Shown here one piece after another: positions 15,946 to 28,836 of a stretch of 64,000 nucleotides of DNA. The notes beneath the pieces were generated by a model, which was not told where the DNA came from, did not search any database, and saw nothing but the letters and a program-made list of their open reading frames with translations. A program made the position numbers and the translations under genes. Source of the stretch: the human T2T-CHM13v2.0 reference genome, Homo sapiens. The stretch's first letter is position 1, and every line of letters begins with the position of its first letter. The stretch lies in the NCBI RefSeq assembly GCF_009914755.1, contig NC_060930.1. One strand, given 5' to 3'.

Positions 15946-16413
15946 TGTCAATCTGAAAAGAAACTTAGGTTCTCCAGAACAGAGGAGTTTATTTGAAAAT
16001 AGCAGAGGATTATAACCCAGAAAATGTGTGCTGAGCCAGATCACAGGCGCATCAAGGAGACTGGGACCAAAGGGAGACTTTTAAAGACAAAGAGAAGTCT
16101 TCATAAACTGTTTGTTAAACCAGAAAGATCATTGGTTACAAGAGCTTGCTGTAAGAGTTGGCGACAAATCATTGTTAAAGACGTCATTACTAGACAGATG
16201 TCCTTGTGCAAGCTGCTTATCTGGAGCTTTGCGGTCTAGGGGAATTTCCTTGCTAAAAGTCCTGTTACAGGCAAATGTGCAGTAAATGCGGGAATGTCTC
16301 CTATAAGGCCTTTACAGGCATTTGTGAGTGAGGGCTCCCCCTTCGTGGCCTTCCAACTCCATTTGCTAGGGTTTGACATAATTGATTCCATTTTGGTATC
16401 AACAACTTTCACA
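15946..16413 (-). mobile_element. ERV1 solo LTR (MER67-like)
   Basis: TG...CA termini and TSD catg at 15942-15945 and 16414-16417. Reverse complement starts tgtgaaagttgttgataccaaaatgga, related to the LTR at 13359. Confidence 0.75.
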
Positions 16414-16569
16414 CATGGATAGTTCAAAATGGAAGCTCCTGTAAAATAATACTTTCATATGTATTTTTTCATGGTGTCTAGTACCTGTGCCACATAGTGA
16501 ATGCCTGAATAAAGGACCACATGTATTACAGTTGTTAGATTTTCTTAGGGACCCTATTGTTTAAATGAC

Positions 16570-16740
16570 TTATAATAAGCACTTACTGTGTGATGGTAAA
16601 CACTATGCTATTTATGTCACCTATACTTCTTACTTAACATTAACACAACTCTACACAGTTTGGAATATTGTTGAAATAATCACTTTATAGCTGAGAGTAG
16701 AGCATGTATGGGTTAAACTCTTGCCCAAGGTCAGACAGTG
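16570..16740 (-). mobile_element. MIR
   Basis: aagcacttactgtgtg ... ggttaaactcttgcccaaggtcagacag. Confidence 0.6.
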
Positions 16741-17103
16741 AGTTGACTTGTGTCTTCCCATGTTGTCACTGATGCGTCTTCTCCTTTGCTGGCTCTTGTT
16801 CCCTTTATTCCTTCAGTAATATAGAGAAACTACAGCCTTTCATTCCCAATAGAGTGAAAATACACCACTCATTCATTATTTTTCAATTATAGTGCAAGGA
16901 CGAGCAGTTTACCCTAATATCCATTTCTTGTTTGGTTGGGAAATTCACCAACAGAGCAGAAAAGCACAGTGGGGAGAGACCTCAGGGGAAACACATACAA
17001 CTTTGAGATAAACCCTGTTTTTGTTTTAATGTTAAAATTTAACTTTTAATCCCTTTGTAGTATTTACACAACTGTCAGTGAAATGATAAATCTTCTAGCT
17101 CAT

Positions 17104-17121
17104 TTCACAAGAGGGCAGCAC
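17104..17121 (+). promoter_or_regulatory. CTCF-like motif ttCACAAGAGGGCAGCAc
   Basis: Matches the CTCF core CCACNAGRGGGCRGC except for the first C; lies in non-repeat sequence. Confidence 0.45.
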
Positions 17122-17961
17122 TTTCTTTTAAAATTTAAAGTATGACTAAAAAAATACAATCAAATTAACGTTTTCTATCATGAAGTTAAGCTTGAATGAT
17201 TTACAGGAAGATGGGAGCCTCTCTGTCCTGGGGGCAATTTATGAGTTAAGATGAGTGCAGATCTGCAGGGTAACTTGGGATCCTTAGAAAATGGAACGAT
17301 GGATTAAAATCAAGCCCTAGAATTTTTGACTTGCAGTTTGAATTTGGAGACTATTTTGGTAACTTTGTAAATGTGTAAAAGTCTGTCAAGATCATGTCTT
17401 TCTTTTCTATTATGGCAAAACATGAAGAGTGAATCATTTTAATATATTCAAATTGTTTTGCTCATATCAAATAAAAAGTATTTATTGAGCAATGGTTTTA
17501 TGTTTAGGATTCTATAGGTCATTTGAGGAACAAATAAATTTAACTTTTTTCTTCATTATTTAAAGAGCTTAACTCCCTTGGGGTGACAAGGAAGGGAAAG
17601 CACATTGGCAAAACAACCTGTAAACAAGCCAAGGCAACATGTAAATAAGGTACAGGGTAACAGTACAGCATAATGGAGATGGCCGATTTGGATAGGGAAT
17701 TGTTGAATTAGGGTTTTAATGCAGGGCTTTGAGTAGAAGGTGGAAATTGAATTGGTCCTCAGTGGGTGGATAAAATTTGAATAGATTTAAAAAAAACAAA
17801 ACACGAGGAGGCTATTATTTAAGAAAATAGAATCCTGTCAACAGAGAAAAAGTACAAAGTGCATCAGGGCATGCTAGGAAAGCCTGTTGTTTAGAACATT
17901 GTAGGAATGATGCCTGGTAGGTAGGATAAGGCTGTATTGTGGCACCTTGAAAGTTAGGAGT

Positions 17962-18160
17962 CAGGGCTGCACTCTCCAATACCATTGCCGCTGGTTGTAT
18001 GTGACTATTTAAATTTAAATGAATTAAAATCAAAATCAAAATGTATTTCCCCAGTCACATCATTAGCCACATTTCAGATGTTTAATAGCCATCCTATTAT
18101 TGAACAACACAAAGATGGAATATTTTCATTATCACAGAAAGTTCTATTGGACAGCACTGC
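17962..18160. mobile_element. MER3-like hAT-Charlie DNA transposon
   Basis: tagccacatttcagatgtttaatagcc ... cattatcacagaaagttctattggacagcactg. Confidence 0.75.
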
Positions 18161-18558
18161 ATCACAGTTTAGTTATTTGGGGGTTGGAATATGGAGAATC
18201 ATTAAAGAAACAGGGAATGATACGACAGTATAAAGAATGTTTGAATTTTAAATCTGTAAGCCGGGAACTTAAAGGGAACTTCTTTTTTTTTAATGTTAAG
18301 TGTTTTCGATGGAGCATAAACAGAACTTGCAAGGTATAAGCATTTTGTATAAGTGTTCTAAAAACTGTCATATTTATTTTTTATTTTAAATTAGCTACTA
18401 GTATACTAGCTTTAATGAGGAAATAGAAGGTGAGCTAAAGGAAGTAACTTTTTCATTAGTTTTCAAATTCAGTTAGGTTTGTCATGCAGCATACAGAACT
18501 GGAGAATACAGAGAGACTGGATTCAGGAATGATGACGTGAAGAAATCCTGTGAGGAGA

Positions 18559-18927
18559 TGTATTAGCTCATTCTCATGCTGCTAATAAAGACAGACATAC
18601 CTAAGACTGGGTAATTTATTTAAAAAAAAGAGGTTTAATGGACTTACAGTTCCACATGGCTGTGGAGGCCTCACAATCATGGCAGAAGGCAAAGGAGAAA
18701 CAAAGGCACATCTTACATGGTGGCAGGCAAGAGAGCTTGTGCAGAAGAACTCCCCTTTATAAAACCATCAGATCTCATCAGACTTATTCACTATCAGGAG
18801 AACAGCATGGGAAAGACCCACCTTCATGATTTAATTACCTCCCACCAAGTCCCTCCCACAACACGTGGGAATTATGGGAGCTACAGTTCAAGTTGACATT
18901 TGGGTGGGACACAGCCAAACCATATCA
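18559..18927 (-). mobile_element. THE1 (B/C) MaLR solo LTR
   Basis: tgtattag..cattctcatgctgctaataaagac ... gacacagccaaaccatatca; TSD ggaga/ggagg. Confidence 0.92.
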
Positions 18928-19199
18928 GGAGGTGGAAGAGAAAAGAAGCAAGAAATATCAAAAAATATTAAGATATTTTGATATTTAAGTAGTGTGTATA
19001 TGTGGGTGTATTAATTGGTGATTCCAACTTGTTTTAAAGTTTCAAAGTTGTTTGAGATGATATGTATGAGATAATTTAGTAATTCAATAACGACTTTTGG
19101 TTGTCTACTATATGGTAGAGACTGTTGTAATTTCTGGGGATACGTCAATGAATACAATAGAGCATTGCTATTTTAGGAATGGCTTCACTGATGTGATGA

Positions 19200-19540
<341 letters not shown>

Positions 19541-19702
19541 TAATAATTACTGGTCATTGATAAATCTTTATGTAACCTATTTATATTTTATTTTAAAATT
19601 TTATTGTTAATAATAACCAGTGTTAACTCATAACAAGTTTTCTTTGTGGTAAAAAATGAAGAAATATTTTAAAATATCATACACTTAGCTTCTCTCAAAA
19701 TA

Positions 19703-19751
19703 TTAGGTTTGTGCAAAAGTAATCACGGTTTTTGCTGTTAAACCAACCGAA
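19703..19751. mobile_element. MADE1 (mariner MITE), internally deleted
   Basis: ttaggtttgtgcaaaagtaatcacggtttttgc matches the MADE1 TIR; only accaacc.aa remains of the second arm. Confidence 0.8.
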
Positions 19752-20429
19752 ATAATAATACTATAATAATATATTTTTAGAGTTTTTATCAATTTTTTTG
19801 ATATATATGAAAACTAGTGGAACCCTCACCTCTGAAAAAGTCAATGCAGGCATTTCTGGTATACATATAATAATAAGAAAGTCTTAATTGTCCTGTAACT
19901 AAAACTATCTAAATCTCAATAAATTTGTGTTGAAACAAATGCGCAATTATATAGTACTAGTGAATGTCTTTCTTGATAAGAGTGTTTGCTCAAGTGTTAG
20001 AGGAATATTCTACACAGAAAAATCAAGGTTCAGACAAGAGTTCCAGGGTCAAGCAGCTAGATAAGTGTCATAAAGGAAATCATGACACAGGTCGTTTGAT
20101 TTCGAGAGTGTTATTCTTTCTTTTTTATCCCATGAAATATATACTATAGGGCCAGGATGAAATAATACAGATAAGTAATCTAGTTTACATGTAACATCAA
20201 TGAATATTTTCTCATACAATTAAAACATTTTCTGTATTGCTTTTCAGACTATCATAGTAGTAGAATGATCTGACTCAATTTTTAGTGAGGAAGTTATGTT
20301 CTGATGACTTAAGTTCTTATCATCCTGAACTACATATAGTCTTTTCTATACCAATGTGTAGTGTTGTCAGTTTGCGTGTTGTAAATATCTTCTTCCAGTT
20401 TGTGTCTTGCCTTTTTATTTTCTTTACAG

Positions 20430-20605
20430 TATTTTTTTTTATTTCAATAGGTTTTTGGGGGGCAAGTGGTGTTTGGTTACATGAATAAGTTCTTTAGTGG
20501 GGATTTCTGAAATTTTGGTGCACCCATCACCTGAGCAGTGTACACTGTATCCAATGTGTAGTCTTTTATCCCTCACCCCCCTCCCACACTTTCCCCTGAG
20601 TCCCC
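20430..20605 (-). mobile_element. L1PB 3'-terminal fragment
   Basis: ttggttacatgaataagttctttagtgg ... ggtgcacccatcacctgagcagtgtacact. Confidence 0.85.
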
Positions 20606-21917
20606 ATTGTGTTGTACTTTTAAAGGCTCTTTTACTTCCTAATTATTCCATATTCTGATTTTAAAGTTAAAACACTCTCCAGATTAAATTCTAGATGGAA
20701 ATTGTACTTTAAATTCCTTTGTTTAGCAATTTCAAATGCAGAGCTTGAGATGACAAGACATTGCAAAGTCCCTTCTACTGTGGCTTAACTTATCCCTAAA
20801 CAAGAATGTGGCTGATGTCAGTGTCAGATGGTGCTTCACCTGTGGACGTTCATTTCCTTTAATATTTTGTTACAGTAACCTTCATGGCACATAAAGCCTC
20901 CTGTCTCTGAACCTGACAAACAGGGTCCAGGGAATAAGACTTAATCACTATCACAAGAAAATCACGGGAAAGACCTGCCCTCACGATTAAACTATAATTT
21001 TCTTTTTCACTTCTGCAACTTAGATCCATGTACGAAGGTGCTATTCACATTGCAGCATCTCTTTAGACACTAGTAGACTCTGGCGCTTTCACTCTGCCAC
21101 AGTCTAGGTGGGATCACTTAAACCTACTTGAAAGATAAAGCGATGCTTCAATTGCCTGGACAAATCAGGCCAGACATTCATTTTCAAGCGTTATCAATGG
21201 ATTTTTATAAACATTCCAAAAAACTTTAGACCGTAGTATCACAGTATTAGATGACAATAGGGATACTCGTTTCCTTGGGAAGAGAATAGCTCGAGTTATA
21301 TAATGCCTGTTTAGACACAAAGTTGTCCTTTAAGTAAGCAGGAGTTACTAGTTATAAAGTAACTTATGACAACAAAAAGGCTTTGTTCTGTCTGTCCCTT
21401 AGAAAAGCTTACCATTGACCAGCCCACTGCTGCAGAAAGCTTGTTTCTATTGAGGGCTGGTTTGGTAGTGTTAGACCATCTGGCACCTCAAAACTTCTGA
21501 AACTTTTAAAGGCAAAAATAATTGTCTCCAGTAGCATTAGCTTTCAAATATAATGATGCCACCCTTTTTGGAATAGGTATCTACTCAGGAAGGTAAATGT
21601 GTTTTACTTGGGTATTTTCTATCTAATGATTTAATTTTGTATGAAAATAGAAACACAGGCTGTGGTGAAATTTTCACACAGTATAAAAGATTGAACATTG
21701 AAATGTTTCATTCTAGACACTCAGCTCTCCAGTCCCTCCCTTCCAGGTCGCCATTATTGCTGTATTATAGATCTTTACAGAAATATTATCTGTATCTCAT
21801 AGATTGTACCTGTACATAACTACATATCACTCCCCCCCTTTTTGGCGTATACATAGGATATGTACGTGCATACATATTAGAGGTTAATTATTTGCTCTTA
21901 GAAATTATCTCCCTCTT

Positions 21918-22250
<333 letters not shown>

Positions 22251-25034
22251 TCATTATGTGAGTCTGCCATAACTTGTTTACCCAGTTACCTTTTCATGGA
22301 CATATAGATTGTTTTCAGCTCAATAAGTCAAGTAGGACTTATTGAGCATCCTTGTACATATGTCTGTACACATGTTTGCAAATTCCTAGTGATAGAATTT
22401 CTGAGTCAAAAGTTATATGCATTTTAACATTTGATGGGCATTGTTAAATTATCCCTTACCCTCAAATTTGGCAGATTCTAATAATCTCTAGGAAATGTAA
22501 TGACTTAAAGTAAAGGAATTCTTCATTTTGTAATCAGCCTACTGATTTCCATGAAAGGTGCATAATACATTGTCTGTGTTCACCGTCTATGTAGAACTCA
22601 TTGCTCAGAGCAAACATCTGAAGGAAGAGAGATAACGGTACAGAAAGTAAATATGACTGGAGGGGAGAAAATGTGTGATTGTGGTGTGTGACTTTTTGTG
22701 GGAAACCATAGTTGTAAGTGTGAGTGGTTCATGTGGTTAAGTATTAACTGGTTATTGGTGATATTAGTGAAGATGGATCATGATTAGGGAGTTGAAGTAG
22801 GTTTAGAGTGTGATTTTGCAGAGAATGCAGAATGGGTTCCTAAGTAAGAAGATGACAGGGACATGGTTCAGAGTTGAAGCAGTAGCTCCACAATGAATGG
22901 ATTAGCCTCCAAGCATGAGAGAAATCCCACTGCTTAGTATTATACACAAAAGTATAGCTGATCGCGTGGGGTTAGTTTGAACTTCCTCTGTGTTTACCCA
23001 ATGTTCAGTTCCTTAAATATGTATTCAGATTATAGTAACAATGCCCTCCTGGGGAAAGTACCAGCTTTTTACTTGTGACTGAAAACGGCGCTTTCAATTT
23101 TGATTTGTTTTGACATTTTAGTTGCTGTTATTAAAATTTGTATTTTAATTTTGGCTTCAATTTACTAAATCTACATAGCTGAAGAAAACTGGAGAAACCT
23201 TTATAAAACCTTTTGAAAACCTTTAAGAGCCTTTTTCCCAGAGCCCTGTGGATTTAGTTGCATATGCTACAGGCTTGTGCTGTCAGTAGACATCTGGAAT
23301 TTGAGGCTTGGCCTCCTGAGATTGTTTCCCTCTTGTCTGATGCTGCATATTTTTTAGGAAGAATATGGTTTGGAAGCATTAACTTGTCTTGGCATTATTT
23401 TTAGTCACCTAATAAAGTGCCGTCTGAATTGTTAAATATTTAGAAGGTTGCTGAAGGCTGACTCCTGCACCTGGTTGGCTAATTCAGAAGCAAATCAGCT
23501 GGTATTTCTCTTCCTGAACCCCTACCCCACCCACCCATTTTCCTGAAGAAGAAAAAGCTCTTTGAGCCTCTTTGAATGTCTATTGGAATCTTTTGGTTAT
23601 GTGTTATAGAAAATATATTAAGTATTGAATCTTTTTCTTATGAATCCTAATTTTTATTTCTCCATGACCACCTGTAAAATTATCAAAGTAGATGGCATTA
23701 TACTGAAGAGACAAACATTAAAAATAATTCTTTGCGTACAAAGCATAGTGCCTGAACTTCCTGGGATAAAAGGAGAGTTTTCCCTTTCATCAGGGGACTC
23801 AGGCCTCCATCCTTAGATTGAACTTTTTGCCCTTTAGGGCTGTATATTACCTTAAATAGCTACCAGCTGACACACTTTGCTGCAGGCTGATGTTAACTTG
23901 AAAGTCGAAATGTATGGACTGGTCTCTCCCTAATGGAACTTCAGTGGTAGAAGACAATGAATTGAAAACTCAGATCACGATTAGGGTCTTGAAGCTATTT
24001 TATTTTTGAATTCTAAATCCCAAGTTAGAAGGGTTATGAAAAGGAGAATTGTGTATATTTCTTTCACAAGAAATAAGTTGGATCTTTCTTTGAGTCAGAA
24101 TGGGCTTACAACAAATAAACTTTTCTCCCCATGCCAGAAACTCCTCATTTTAGTAATGAATAAGCCATGATGTAGCGATTTATGTGTAATCACCTATTGA
24201 CCTTCCATATGCTTCACTTTAGAGGCTCCTAAGAAGCTTTTCTTCTTTTCTTTTCTTTTTGTTCTTTGTGTTGGCCAATATAAAGAGAAACCTGTTAGAA
24301 TTTACATAGAAAACATACTTGATCTTTACAGTTTTAAAAATTGTCTTTAGTGGGAAGGGTGCCTTAAGATCCACTATAGGAGTAAGATGTAAAGTTCTTA
24401 TTTGAGCTGTAAAGAATCTTTTATTGCCTTAATAAAATTACTAAATAGGTCATCTTTTAACAAATTATATGAAATATAGTTTTTAAGTACAAAACATTTG
24501 TAAATTGTCCTACCCTTTGAAAGTTGTTGGCAAAGCCATACCTATAGCTCTCTTCATTTTGGCATTGGAATGTGGTTTTTATTAAGCAGTTTAGATTTAG
24601 ATTTTCTTGAGTCCATTGCTGAGTTTTCCTGTGCTTCTCTGTGGTTCTGGAACTTTTTGCTTTCTCATGAAACTCTATGTCTATGTTTGAAACATGGTTT
24701 ATTTAGCTAGAGATTCCTGGGTTATTCAGTGTTGATCTGATACAGGGATTGGTAGTGTCAAGCATATTCCACCTACTGAGGATTAGTGAACAATTTATTT
24801 GCACATTGGCTTAAATTGGGAAAATGTCAACTACTTCAAATGTCATCATCTAATTTATTAAGTCTCTCTGGTGATGTATTGCTTACACTGGAGGCATCTA
24901 TTTTTTGTTTTAATAATTACAGGATTACAGGTGATAATGTATCAAAGAGGTGGTTGATAAAAAAGGACTGTAGAAATGTAGGTATATTACCAAGATGATA
25001 TTTTGTGTACTGACTTTAAACTAAGAAAGTACTC

Positions 25035-25192
25035 TTTGTTTTGAGACAAAGTCTCACTCTGGTTGCCCCAGCTGGAGCGCAGTGGCACGATCTCGGCTCA
25101 CTGCAGCTTCGACCTTCTGGGCTCAGGTGATTCTCCCACCTCAGCCTCCCAAGTAGCTGGGATTATCGTCATGGGCCACTACATCTGGGTAA
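25035..25192 (-). mobile_element. FRAM / Alu right monomer
   Basis: Single monomer; TSD aaagtac(t/a)cttt. Confidence 0.85.
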
Positions 25193-25476
25193 TGGAAAGT
25201 ACACTTTATCTTATAGATATCAAACACAAATTCATGATGAAATGTGCTCACTTTTATAAAAGCAACTCACATTTACAAGTCTTTTAATGTATCAGTTATC
25301 AAAGAGTGCAATACTTTTGAGTAATATATTAGATATTTAGCTATTTGAATTTCACAGAATGACTTTGGATATTTACATGAATAATCTATTTGACTTTAAC
25401 ACTTAAAAAACAACATTTTTAGTTGCTTTCTTGTGTTTTAGTGAGAGTATAGTTACCCTGTGATTAAAATTAGTTA

Positions 25477-25885
<409 letters not shown>

Positions 25886-27799
25886 GAGGCTGACATCATA
25901 GCTAGATTTGTCAATATCTTAGTTTTTGTTGCTGCATAACTGTATATAAGGGAGTTTTCGGTAAGTGTCATCGTTTCTACCTTAGCAGAGGATGTCAGTT
26001 CTGAGAAGGTAGCTGATACAAAGGCAACAGTTTCTGGATATTCTACTCTCGAATTCCACAGGAGAACATACTCTTGTTCCTTTCTCCTGTCCAGGACTCA
26101 GGTACTTATCAGGCTGATAAAAGTTCCCATGCTCTTATCTTTTGGGAAGAAGGCCTAATACAAAGGATACCCTTTCTTTTCCCTCATCTTTATGCCTTGT
26201 GTTTAACCTTGGGTGTGGATACAAGATATGTGGGACTCTAACAATAACATATCATTCTTGTCTTGTTATAAGAGCCCTTTAAACAGAAAGGGTCTACTTT
26301 AGAGAAAGACTATGGTATTCCCTGTTGTTCCACGGAGTTTTTGTTTAATTCACCCTTCTGATCTGTGCATGGGGGAATGGAATGGCGTGTTTGCACATGT
26401 CCCTGATCCCAGCCATCCAGCACCCTGGGTGGTAGCTGGAAGTTTGCCCAGCTGAGAAAGATTGTTCTTTTTCTCTCCCTTTTTTATTTATTTATTTTTT
26501 TGTGTGTGTGGTGGTGGTGATGGTGCTGGTGCTGGTGGTTTCTTTTGTCTTGTATTTATGTAAAAAGTTTATTTGCTGCTCTTGAAAGATCTCAGCATGT
26601 GGCCCCAGAGTCTTTACAGACCAGGTTCCCTGTGGCCACTTTCTCTGTAAGTTTCTTCACCACAGTTCTGATGGTTGGTCTTCATGCTGATGTCAGTGCT
26701 GTTTTGATCCAAACTGTAGATTATTTTTACCTGTGAATTTCTGAATAAGCATTAGATTAACACATTTGTTTTTGAAATCAAATGTGCGTTGAGGTGAAAC
26801 ACGTTCTGCTAGAAAGCTCATAAAGCCATTTTGCCCCTGGGGACATACAGGTTTTTATGAAAAAATAATGAAAATATTTTAAAAGCTTGTTAAAATTTGT
26901 ATAGATGGGCATATGTAAAACACATGCTATTTAAATACTGATATGAAAATAAGTTAGGAATGAAATAGAAAGAAAAATGATTTGCAAATCCAAAAAATAA
27001 TACCAACATTGTATACTGTTCCCTGATAGATTTTTAGTTTTTCTGGTTTTAAATGGAATCTCTTACGACCCATGATTAAATAAGTGCTAACGGTATTGAT
27101 ATTTAAGCAACTCATTAGCCCTTTAGGAGATGCATATTCTGATTTTAGGGGTTCCCCCCCCCACTTTGGTCTATGCCCTGATGCAAAAAAAGTAAACTTA
27201 CTTATATTAAAATTTACATTATTCTACTTGTGGTAGTGTCACCATTATAAGCACTGCATCTTTATGATGAAACTCTGCCTACAACTAGAGAAACATGTTT
27301 CAAATGGACATTTCTGTTATACTTTATTGGTATACTGTATAGCTATGTAATGCAAAAGCAAAATCACATTTGCCTTGGAATGATATCCATAATATCACTA
27401 CAAAGAATTTATAATTTGGATTGGAGTTTTTTTCTTTAAAGCGATGACACTTAAAACTTCCTGGAAGATGGTGTTTCTCTGAGTGCCAGTAGTAATTTAA
27501 CATCAAAATGGAAGACACATTCAATGTAGTTATTACTCACATTTTGAGTACAGTAGTTTCTCTCATTAAGTTTTATGTCAGAAACAAGTAAATTCCCTAT
27601 AAGAAAACAGTCTGAATGACTTTCAGCGGCATCAAAGAGATCGAAACACTTTAAAACTATTTTCTTCATCAGTTGCCTGCTAACACCTTTTTGAAAAATA
27701 AAATTAATCAACGCGTATTTCCTTTTGTGATTTGTATTGTTTTGTACATTCACTCCCTTTTCTTTTCATGGGTTGGCTCCCAACTGGAACATGGAACCT

Positions 27800-28560
27800 G
27801 TGATCCATTCAAGATTGAGACAATGTAAAAGATAGAGAACTGACTTTTGGGGCAGGCAGGCCTCCAGGAAGTGGGAGTGAGCTTTCACTTCAAACTGGGT
27901 GAGGGGTGGTGGAAAGGGAGGATGCTGATTAAAATAATAAACAACTGCTGGAAAGAGAAGTTGATTACCACACTGCTGTCAGATCAGCCAGGGGAGCTGC
28001 CAGAGCCCACTGAGGCTGCTCTCCCCGGCCACAAAGCCGGCAGAAGGGACTAGATTTGCTGCGAGAGCTTTTCTCTGGACAGACAGAACACCTTTTAAAA
28101 CAAGTTTAGTTCTGTTGCATTGACAGCATCCCTTAGGCCAGGCTGACCTAGGGAAATGGACTGAAACTAGCTTGGTGGTTACCATAGCAACCCAGGCTGC
28201 TGGTGTCTGGGAGAGTGAGAACCGGTGGCCTCTTGTCCTGTGTTTTGGTGTTTCTTCAGCTAAGAGTACACTCCTCCTTCGAACTCTACATAAGTCATGC
28301 TCTTTGAAAACTGGCTCTTTACCCAGGATTTTTTTTTTTTCGTTCTGAAATCGGTCTGAATGGAGGAAGTTGGTAATACTTGGCTTTTTTTTTTTCTTCT
28401 CTCATGCAAGTTTCCAGGATATAGCTTCTTTTTTTGCTGTATGTAATTGAGACCAAACTCTAAGCTTGGGGCCCTGGAGAGAACAGTTGTGGCCTGCAGG
28501 TCATTAGTGAGGTGAGCAGAAGGGAATCCTGGACTTCCCAGAGAAAGAGGAGACCATGCC
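27800..28560 (+). promoter_or_regulatory. Candidate internal non-CpG-island promoter and 5'UTR
   Basis: Locally raised GC, no recognisable repeats, a perfect RFX X-box and SOX-like sites (ACAATG near 27820, ACAAAG near 28031). It lies directly upstream of the candidate first exon. TSS unknown. Confidence 0.5.
28178..28191. promoter_or_regulatory. RFX X-box GTTACCATAGCAAC
   Basis: Exact match to the palindromic RFX consensus GTTRCCATRGYAAC. Confidence 0.75.
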
Positions 28561-28630
28561 AGCCTCGTGGAACACAGCTACCAGGAAATACAGAAGCAGG
28601 TCTATTCCTTGCGAACTCCGAAGTCCATGA
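28556..28630 (+). other. uORF1 MPASWNTATRKYRSRSIPCELRSP*
   Basis: gaccATGc start. Its TGA (28628-28630) overlaps the ATG at 28627-28629 (ATGA). It only matters if the region is transcribed. Confidence 0.4.
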
Positions 28631-28749
28631 AAAAACGGACCCACAGTGGGGTGGCTAAAATGTCCCAGCGCAAGCTGCCGCTGCTGCTGATGGACCATAG
28701 CTCAAGGGCAAGGCTTGTAAAGGATTTTACAAAGGATTTTAAAGTATAG
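28627..28749 (+). other. uORF2 MKKRTHSGVAKMSQRKLPLLLMDHSSRARLVKDFTKDFKV*, in frame with the candidate UTRN start
   Basis: ATG at 28627 to TAG at 28747-28749. Same frame as ATG 28837 and the donor at 28887. Confidence 0.4.
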
Positions 28750-28836
28750 CCAGAAAAGATACGGTGTTTAGAAGTTAAACGCTGTTGTCTGAAGGAAGTT
28801 TGCCGGAAAGATGTAGGCTTCAAGGGCTACTGGACA

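Noticed and set aside
18953-18986. Short AT-rich inverted repeat aaatatcaaaa...ttttgatattt
   Set aside because: An 11-bp low-complexity stem is expected by chance.
19703-19751. miR-548-type hairpin from MADE1
   Set aside because: Most of the second arm is deleted, so no long stem can form.
27451-27753. 100-aa minus-strand ORF near the candidate promoter
   Set aside because: No recognisable domain, non-ATG start and no splice context.
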